Made by a program: the position numbers and the translations under genes. Of a stretch of DNA of 64,000 nucleotides, positions 54,801 to 64,000 are shown piece after piece. This DNA comes from Lama guanicoe (taxonomy: Eukaryota): assembly GCA_013239625.1 (NCBI GenBank), contig MU054338.1:4688724-4752723 (forward strand), written 5' to 3'. Position 1 is the stretch's first letter; every line of letters begins with the position of its first letter. A model generated the notes under the pieces. The model was not told where the DNA came from and searched no databases. It worked only from the letters and a program-made list of their open reading frames with translations.

Positions 54801-57800
54801 ATTTCTGCAGAGACACTGTGAAATAGAATCATTCATCAGAATGAAAGAAAAAAAAGAACAAAACACCTATTTCAAATTCCATTGCGACCAAAGAGAGACA
54901 GCTTTTCGGCTTATTTCCTTTTTAAGTTGGTCCCTAAATCCAGTCTGAACCTGTAGTGAAAAAGAATATGAAAAAGAAAAGCGTATACGTATGACTGAAA
55001 CATGATGCTGTACACCAGAAACTGAGACAACATTGTAAACGGACCACATGTCAACTAAAAAGTAAAAAATTAATTAATTAAAAACAAAAACAAAAACTAA
55101 AACTAAAGCCAGTCTGGCTGCTTTACTTTCCATCTAGAAGAAATGAGAAGCTGCGTGGCATGCCCACCCCAGGGAGCCCGGGGGCTGTTCCTGGGACACT
55201 CCCCTGTGCTCATGTCAGACACCGCTGTTCTGTCAGAAAAAGACAGCATTCTCTGATGGGGCGCGCCTATCTCCTGCCCATGTGTGTTTCCACTAGAGAA
55301 GAGAATGAGTTTTCCCTCTTTGCCACTGGATCCTCAGACTCTGCTGGCTCTTTGGGTCCACTTGGCAGCCCTCCGTCTACCTGAGTGAAAAACCTGCCCA
55401 CCTGAAACCCCCTGGCTGCAGCTGTCTTGACGATTCCAAGCCCCGGTGCACACTTAGGGGAAAGCGCACGAAGGAAGCTAAAGCTGCTCCAATGCCTTCC
55501 CATCAGACAGTACGCAAGGTATCATCTAAGAAAGTTCTAAGAAAGGTGGATAACGTTTCAACTTCCCCAACTAAGGCACCTGATGGAAAGAAAGGTCGTT
55601 CGTAAAAAGTTTTTTTTACATGCAGACTGCGTCTACGGAGGAATTTTGTTTCCCCACCAGCATCAACAACCTCCACACCCTGCTCTCCAGCCAGTATTTA
55701 TTCGCAGGTGGATTGTGTTCTGCACCATGGAGATGCCCTAGAAACCCCTTTAACGTTTACAGACAGGCTCTTTGACTATGAACTCTTTAGTTTCTTAGTT
55801 AAAAATTGACTAGGCAACAAAACATCTCCTCTCACCAGTCCCATCATCATCTTCCTTCTAGGTTCCTCAGTCAACGGCCCTGAGCTCCCACTGAGTGGCC
55901 GGCACCATCCTAAGCTCTGAACACAAGCTGCTGAACAGAGCAGACATAATTCCACTGGCTGGGGAGACAGACGGACGTCAGTGCACCGCCTCTTGGGGAG
56001 GGATGGAAATGTTAGGTATCTTGATTGTGGTGGTAGTTTCTTAGGTGTATATACATCTATCAAAAGTCATATGTGTAGTTTACTGTACAGAAATTATATC
56101 ACAGTAAAGTGGTTTAAACATTTTTAATAAAAAATAAATAAATGTTGCCAACCCCCCCCCAAGAAAAGAAAAGAAATCAGTGCAGCAGCACAAGGACATT
56201 TAGTTACAAATCGTGCTGATACTCTGAGCAAGTTCGCAGTGGGGCGGAACTCACCCAGCATGTTAATTTCCTCAGAAGGTTATCCTGTAAAAGCTACAGT
56301 GTTTCTTTCTCGCATTGAACAGCCAGAGAGTCCAATGCCATCTTCTGGCTGAACCCTCTGCCTTGCCTTAGGCCCCCCCCCCCAGTTTCCCTCTCTGTCT
56401 TTGCCATATGATTAAGCTGACAGTCAGCCACGCATCCCAGTCCCTCAGCCGCCCAGCCTGTGATGAGGAAGGTGTGATGGGCTCAGAGAAATTCTGCGTT
56501 GTCCAAATCTGCTCTTTCAAGGCTCTCCCATCAGATCTGAGGTCTACAAACTTCACATCACCCAGGTGTGGAGCACAAGGAATTATGGAGCCAGGCACAC
56601 CTGGGTTTCCAGTGGACGCAGCCACTTCCTGGTCACGTGACTCCACTTTTTGTGCCTCGGTTTGCCCATGTGTACATGGGAACAGTAATGGTACTTGGGG
56701 CTGTCCTGAGCATCGGATGGGATGATGCACGAAACATGCTCACCACAGCAACCAGCCCCTTGCAGAGCCCAAGAAAGGGTTTTCAAGGGTGTCATCAGCA
56801 CCAGCGACAATTTCAGGTACCTCATCTCTCAGCTCCTCCACCAAATGGCGACAACAATTCCCAACATCTTATGGAGGTTAGATGACCAAATTTAAAGTGC
56901 CCCCCCTGCAAACACTCATTTCCTTCCCCCGGAGGCGTTCTTAGAGGAACTGCTTTTGCGTGATGCTCCTCAAATCTGCCAGGTATGGGAGGAAGGGCAG
57001 ATGGAGACTTGGCATCGCTGGTGACCCTGGGCTGACGGCTGCTCCTGCAAATCCAGGCCATCACTGTGCTCCATCCAATTCAGCAAATGCAAATATATAG
57101 TTCCTCTGGTCAGTGCAGCCCCAGGCCAGGTACAGGAGGCAGCAACAACTGAGCTGTCCCTGCCCACCAGGATCCCCACAACTGAGCACAGACAGGTCCC
57201 GGCTAGACACTTCTGCATGTCCATCCAGATCCGAATCCACATTCCATCAACCTCATGATGACCTCTTCCTCCAAAGGAAATAGCCTCAAAGAATTGTCCA
57301 GGGCTCTCAATAAAACACTCAGAGTGTTCTTGCCAAAGCCCAGCTCCGTTGTAAGATAACCAAGCTTCCCGACCATATCTAAATGGCCTCTGGAATCACT
57401 TGGAATTTTCTAGAAGGGCTCACCCGCAGCAGCAGAACACTGGGGACTGAGATGGAAAACACAAGATGCCCAGTTTTCCCCTCAGAAATCAGGATTTAAC
57501 AGCCTCCCAAGGAAACCATAATTGGAGGGCCATCGGGCGCACTCCTCCCCGAGGCCTGTGATTACGGAGCGCGGGGAAAGGCTGGGAATTTGGGCCACGA
57601 GCAGCTTTGGGCTCAAACTAAACTGAATCTGATCCAAAGTAAGAGGGGTCGCTACGTCTCTTCACACACCCACAGGCACTGAGAGGAAGCCGGACGGAGC
57701 GCAAGGAGGTTGGTGGGGTGGTGGGGGGGAGAAATTCTCACTCAGAGAAACCAAGCTCCAACTTCAGCTAAAACACGTGTCCCCACCCCGGCTAAAGGCA

Positions 57801-58798
57801 GGATCATCGCACGGAGTTTGGCCTTGGCCTTCGTGGGAAGGGATTTATGATGAAGACCTGCCCCCCTCCCCCTTCCTGCTCTTGCGTCCCCCAGAAAACC
57901 ACCTCATGCTTGGCTCACAAACTTCTGCTCCTTGGAACGGGTGTGAGGCAAAGACAACACCCGCTCTGGAGACACCCGCTGACCCCGTGCCACGTAGAGC
58001 TCGCGTGGCCGCCAGGCGGAGCCGAGCGTGTTTGGCCGGGGGTTACTCCTGCACGCCCAGTCCCCGGCTCCCAGCGCACCTAGTGCTCCTCGCTTTGAAA
58101 CGAGCCGATCAAAGGTGCATCTCCGTGCAGGAGCAGAGCCCCCTCCCCCCAGTTTCCTTCCTGTCTGCCTCCTCGGCAGCCCTCGCCCCCCGCTGCCCGT
58201 TGTTCACGAGGAGTTCCGCGGGGCGCAAAGGTAAACTGTTCCGTGCCTTTCCTTAGCGGGAAAACGGGCTGAAAAGAAAGGAAAAGGAAAAAGCCTCTTG
58301 GAAAGTTAAACAGCAGGTATCCAGATAGAAACTTTGCATTGCATTGGGGTCACACACACACACATACTGACCAGCTTCAGAGGACAGTTCTCACGTATGT
58401 GAGAAACCAATGGTCAGAGCCATGGAAACGGGGGTGGGGCAAGACCCATCTGTGCCGAGCCAGCCGGCCAGCCCTACTGAGGGAGGGGAGTCTCATGGGG
58501 GGAGAAATGTGAAGCAGTGCTGTCTTTACACCCCACTTAGTACTCGATTTAGGGTAGGATGTGCCAGTGGTTAGAAACAAAAGCCGAGGAATAAGAGCCA
58601 AAGAGGACCTTGCCACTCCCTGACTCTGGGCCCTTGGGCAAATGTCTTAGCTCCTCCAGCCTCAATTTCCCCTGTTGTATAAGGAAGATCACTAGGCCAC
58701 CCACTTTGTAGAGTTGCTATGACGTTCATTCTGTGCCTCGGTCATGGCACCGAATAACCAAATAATAAAAATCTTTTCCTTCAAGATCACCAGGCACA

Positions 58799-58920
58799 GG
58801 AGAGGGTATAGCTCAGTGGTAGAGCACATGCTTAGCATGCATGAGGTCCTGGATTCAATCCCCAGTACCTCCACTAAAATAAACAAACCGAATTGCCTCC
58901 CCCCTCCCCCCCAAAAGAAA
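58799..58920 (+). mobile_element. tRNA-Ala-derived SINE (Vic-1 type)
   Basis: GAGGGTATAGCTCAGTGGTAGAGCACATGCTTAGCATGCATGAGGTCCTGGATTCAATCCCCAGTACCTCCA plus tail; flanking repeat caccagg. Confidence 0.85.
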
Positions 58921-60915
58921 ACCACCAGGTGACCTCAGGGCCTTTGTACATGCAGTTCTGACCACCCAGAACTCACTCTGCCGCCCCTGTGCCTCCCACC
59001 GCAGCTTCCGCTGCATCCTCTGGTCTCAGCTCAAGCGTGAGCCTCAGAGGGACTCCCCAACCTCTTTTCATCTAAAGGAGACCCCTCTCACCTCGCCTGA
59101 CTTGTCGCCCTGACATACTTCCTTTCAGGACATAAAGCAATCTGGAATTATCTTGTCCACATGTCTCTGGACATGTTTACTGGCCCCAAGCCCACGGAAG
59201 CATCGGCTGCCAGAGACGAGGCCCCTTGTGTTTTTAATTCACTACCAGACCCTAGAGACCACCACAGAGTGAGAGCTGCCCACAGTAGCCGTTGTTTTAA
59301 TGACATCCTCATGCGGGTAAGAGGTCTGCCGGCCCACAGTAAACACGGGGGCCAGTCACAGACCTGGAGGTGACGAAACTGAGGCCTCGCAGGGGATGAG
59401 CTGGACCCCAGGCCAGGTCTCAACCTCCCTGTTACCATCTGAGCAATGAAGTACAGCTCATTCTGCGACGGGGTGACGTAAGCATTTTTATATAAAAATC
59501 ACATTTATGGGGAAAACGAGGTTAAGGCCACCGAGGTCAAACAAATCATCGGTGACACATAATAAAATTAAATGGGAATCTAATTTTTTTTTAAAAGAGT
59601 AACAGTTTTACATGTGTTCCATGGTTAAGAAATACACAACTACAACAAAACATTGACACTTGACCTTGAAAGGGCCTGAAGTTTGCTTGTGCGGAATTGG
59701 GTGTCAGAGGGCTGTGAAGAGACAGAGGGAGGGTTTTCTGAAATCAGATGCAAAGTCGGAACCTCCGACGTGGATGGTGGCAGCTTGTTAGCCACGAGGG
59801 GCGCTGAGGGGCCAGGAGATGTTTGAGATGTGAGCCCATGTTCTGTGGACGCCCACGTGGCTTGGCTTGGCTGAGTGCAGCTTTCAGAGTTCAGTCCCCC
59901 CAGCGTTTCTCAGAGGTGGGGTTGTGCAAAAGCGAACTCAAAATCTGCACCATGCTCAGATTCTTCCCTCGTGTCACCATGGTGCTGGAACAAATTCAAG
60001 TCTTCAAAAGGAACATGACAGCAGGGCTGACTGTACCACCTCGGGAACAACTCAGGCCAGAGGGAGCATTGATGGTAATGACCCACACCTGGAGCTTGGA
60101 GGCATGAGCCACCTGAGGCTGGTGTGGGTCTCAACACGAGCCTGGCATCACCTTAACAATTAGGGCCAATTCTTCCGCACACGCCTTGCACAGAGCAATG
60201 AATGTGTAACACACCTCAGCGCCGGCAGCCTGCAGAGGCCAAATGTTTTTTATTCTTCCAGCTTCTGCTCTTAAATGTACGCAAAGGTGGAGATCAGCTC
60301 TATAAAGTCATGTGTTTTACTCCGTCAGATTCGCGTGGGTTTGAGCATAAAGATAATGTGTGAGTAACTTAGCAGGTTAAAATACAGGACGTTCTACATC
60401 AGCCCGCATCTTTGCATACTAATTCAGCCACGCTCCTCCAGCCCCAGAGCAAGGTCTAGGATGTCTTCAGCCTCCCCGCCCCCCTACACCCCCCTCCCCA
60501 AACAAAACTCCAGTGCATTTCAAGTGTGAGGACACTCGGCTCCTTCCCCACTTACAATAACAAAGGGTTGGAAATGTCCATTGATTGTGGGTTAGATAAA
60601 TGCATTACAAATGAACATGGCCACAAAAGAAAAAGATTTAAACGATTTCCAAGAAATGTTATTATGAGAGAAAGTCGAGGCGCAGAGCAACTGGCAAAGA
60701 GCATTTGTGCGCAAAAGGGGGGCAGGCAGACGTGTGTGGCATGCACACACGTACACATAAAATTCCTCTCCGTGGTGAACCGGGAACTCAGAGGGGTGTT
60801 TGCTTCCAGGAAGAGGGCGGACGTGGAAAGGCCTTGTTTTTCCTTGTAAATCTCCTGAAAATGGTTCTGACCATTGCATGCACAGTACTCTTTTTAAAAA
60901 TCAGTTGGATTTGGG

Positions 60916-61010
60916 GGGGAGGGAAATAGCTCAGTAGTAGAGTGCATGCTTAGCATGCAAGAGATCCTGGGTTCACTCCCCGGTACTTCCATTAGGGGAG
61001 AAAAAAAGAA
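60916..61010 (+). mobile_element. tRNA-Ala-derived SINE (Vic-1 type), short tail
   Basis: Same head as the other three copies; flanking repeat cagttg(g/a)at. Confidence 0.8.
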
Positions 61011-61019
61011 AGCAGTTGA

Positions 61020-61680
61020 ATGGAGGGAGAGGGAGGGTCAATACATGGGGGAGGGGATTAAAAGGTACAAAGAAATGTGTATCAAATAAGCTCCAAGGAT
61101 ATACTGCACAACCCGGGGAATGTAGCCAATATTTTATCATAACTATAAATGCAGCACTACCTTTAAAATTGTGACTCACGATATTGCACACCTGTAACTT
61201 ACATAATCCTGCACATTAACAATACTTCAATAAATTTTTTTGAAACACTGCATTGACGACTGTAGCTCTATAGCAGTGTCTGAAGTCTGGAAGGGTTATT
61301 CCTCCAGCTTCGTTCTTTTTCATCAGTATTGCTTTGGCAACTCTAGGTCTTTTGTGATTCCATGTAAACTTTAGGGTTATTTATTCCAGTTCTGTGAAAA
61401 ATGTCCTAGGCAATTTCATAGCGATGGCATTAAATGTGAAGGTTGCCTCGGGCAGGATGGCCATTTTAACAACATTGATTCCTCCAACCCAAGAGCATGG
61501 GGTATCCTCCCATTTCTTTAATTTCCTTCATCAGCGTTTTGCAGTTCTCCCTGTATGTCTTTCACGTCCTTGGTCAGACTTATTCCTAAGTATTTTATTG
61601 TTTTGGATATGACCTTAAAAAGGATTGTTTCTTGACGTTCTTTTTCTGATATTTCACTGTCAGTAAAAACAATGCACTGA
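61020..61680. mobile_element. L1 3' end (plus, 61020-61232) and antisense L1 ORF2 fragment (61255-61680)
   Basis: ggggattaaaaggtacaa...cttcaataaa; ctgtagctctatagcagtgtctgaagtctggaagggttattcctccagct. Confidence 0.7.
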
Positions 61681-64000
61681 AATACTGAGGGTTTGTTTGT
61701 TCTGATGCCACCAAATATTTTATGCCCTGGGGTCCCTCTCCAGAGACCTCAGTCAAACTGTCCTTGATACAATCAGGTAATTTAAGAAAAAATCGCCCCC
61801 TGGGGGTCATGTTGTTGGTTTCCTTAGCAAATAAGCTAATTGCATTTCAGGAGCCAACCCTGTCATCGAGGGGCCAGCCCTCCTGTTCCAGGGAAGGGTT
61901 TTACTCCATCCTCCGCTTTTCCCAAAGCAAGGACCTGCCTGCCACCCAGCTTTCTTGATGACCGGAGGCTTCGGGGCCAGGTAAGTTCCGGATTTTATTA
62001 CTAGTAGCAAATTAAATTAGCTAACAACAGAAGCAGAGCACGCAACCCAGCGACCCTCTGAGCCAAAACGTGCCCACGCACATGTACTCGGGGCCGAGTG
62101 TTAACCGCTGAGCAGCTGCCTCCTCTCCCACAGGCCGGGCAGCTTCGGGGCGGGCGGCCGCGGGGAAGGAAGCTGTCCCTGTCGACGCAGAACTGGAACA
62201 ATCCACAAAGCTTATCAAGGGAGGGACTGGGGACAAGAGGCAACAAACACATCTGCCAAACAGGGCTCTGGAGGGGATCCCGGGCTGCGAGGCAGGACGG
62301 GACCCCGGCCGGCTCCCAGTCCTGTATCCTGGCCAGTTCCACACCTGGCAACCACGGGGAACTTTCCCAAGGCACAGACTCGGGCCGGGAAGGATCCAGG
62401 ACTGTCAGTTCCATGGCTGTGGCCCTAGAGCACAGCTTCTCAACATTCTCGGGGTGGGGGTGGGGGGGCGTCCCGGGCACTGTAGGGCGTGGAGCAGCCT
62501 CCCTGGCCCCACCCACTCAAGGCCAAGAGCAGACCCTCCCCCTCGCCCAGTTGTGACAACCACAGATGTCCCCAGATGTGCCAGAATCACCCTCGGGTGA
62601 GAACCACTGCCTTCACACATGATCCGTGGCAAAGACGGAGGGAAATCCTCAAAGCGGATGGGGCTGAATTGGCTGAGCTCGTCTGTCTGTCCACCCAGCC
62701 CTGAGTACCAGCTTCGGAGTCACCAGCACTCCTCCCCCAGGCTTCTCTGCAGTCACACCACAGTTTCCAGTCGTCCCCACAGCCTAAGTCTTGCGATGCC
62801 AGCTCGGCTCCCACCTTACCCACGTGCATGGAAGCCACGGCACCATCCACCTGTCCGAATTTTGCAGCGAGCTGGCCACGTGCAAGGCCATGGGTGTCCT
62901 CTTACCACTGCCCTCCTGATGCTCCAGCCTCACAGGCAGGCAGAGGCAGAGAGAAGTTTCTCCTTCCTTTTTAAGGCTGAATAATATTCCATTGTATGGC
63001 TGGACCACACTATGTTTATCCAGTCATCTGTCGATGGTGCCCCTTGGGTTTTAAAGCCCAGCTTTGCACTGACATCTCGCACACGTGTGCACAGGCAGTG
63101 GGCAGCTAGTGGGTTTCCCACCGCATGCAGGTACAGAACACAGCCCTGCCTTCCCACCCTCTGGCTGTGTGTGCCTCAGTCAAGTCTGTCTGGGAGAGAC
63201 GAGAAACCCCAACCCATTTCGCAAAATGGCCTCGGGAAATGGGACGAAACAAGACATGTGAAATTGTTCGGAAACGTCCAACAAACACGGACCTCAAAGC
63301 GCCTGCTTCCTTTGTCTTGCACAGAGCCCTTCTGACTGCCTTTTTGTTCGGAAGCCTTCCCCCGGGGTCTGGGTTGTTAGTGGTGGCCTTTTTCTTCGTG
63401 AGTCATTTGTACAGCCCATGCACTGGGCTAAGGATTATCCGACCGTAAAGGTGGGCGGATGATTCGCAACCTTTGCTTCTGAAACCATCCTCTCCAAGCT
63501 GCTCCTTGTCTTGATGAATGAAGAAGCCGTAAAGGAGAATTCACCCATTCACCCCGAGCATCCCCGGTGAGAGGCGCAAAAGGAAAATGGAAGCTTAATA
63601 ATAGTCCCCTGCACGCTCCATCGAGGGCGGGTTCTTGCAGGGCCCTCTAATGCTTTGAGGCATCCTCAATATCTGTTCCAAGCCTCACATTTTAAACGGA
63701 GCTGGATGCGCAGGAGAAAACCTACGAGCTCAAATAGGACCCAGAGTAAAGAGACAGAATTCTCTGAGTCTGAGAAGTCATCCTAGAAGAGAGCCATGTA
63801 AATACAGGTTTTTGGAGGAAACAATGGCTGATGCGCAGGACAGAGGCACTTGAACTTCCTGAGACCCAGGCAGGTGGGCTATTAACAAGTCCTCTTCAGG
63901 ACGGCTACCAGGGGAAAGTCTTTTCTTTTTGTCATTAAACTACAAACTCATCCAAAGAGGGAAATTCAGTCTATAAAGCGAACCAGAAACATTTCTCCCC

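Noticed and set aside
56836..59806. Additional CTCF-like motifs (ccaccaaatggcga at ~56837, ccacgaggggcgc at ~59792)
   Set aside because: Mismatch or one-base gap in the invariant core.

Overview
Mammalian genomic DNA, most likely a camelid (alpaca/llama/camel), judged from four tRNA-Ala-derived Vic-1-type SINEs. It carries most of the insulin receptor gene INSR on the minus strand. Exons 3-22 were located base by base. All have GT/AG boundaries and human-like lengths, totalling 3497 coding nt in one open frame that ends at TAA 2754-2756, and they include the 36-nt alternative exon 11. Positions 1-2753 are 3' UTR; 42892-64000 is part of the large intron 2, so exons 1-2 lie outside the window. 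Introns are filled with L1, L2/MIR, MER DNA transposons, MLT/MER21 LTRs and SINEs. I see no new multi-gene system. The best leads are: a promoter-like CpG island in intron 2; a hAT transposon whose target-site duplication appears to have copied the transmembrane-exon splice donor, next to a candidate 18-nt in-frame microexon; a consensus CTCF site and RBFOX motifs downstream of exon 11; a purine-rich exon 17 acceptor; a poly(A) signal placed to exclude a let-7 site; and substitutions at insulin site 2 and the C-tail phospho-serines. Repeat family names and human-residue comparisons are from memory and need database confirmation.
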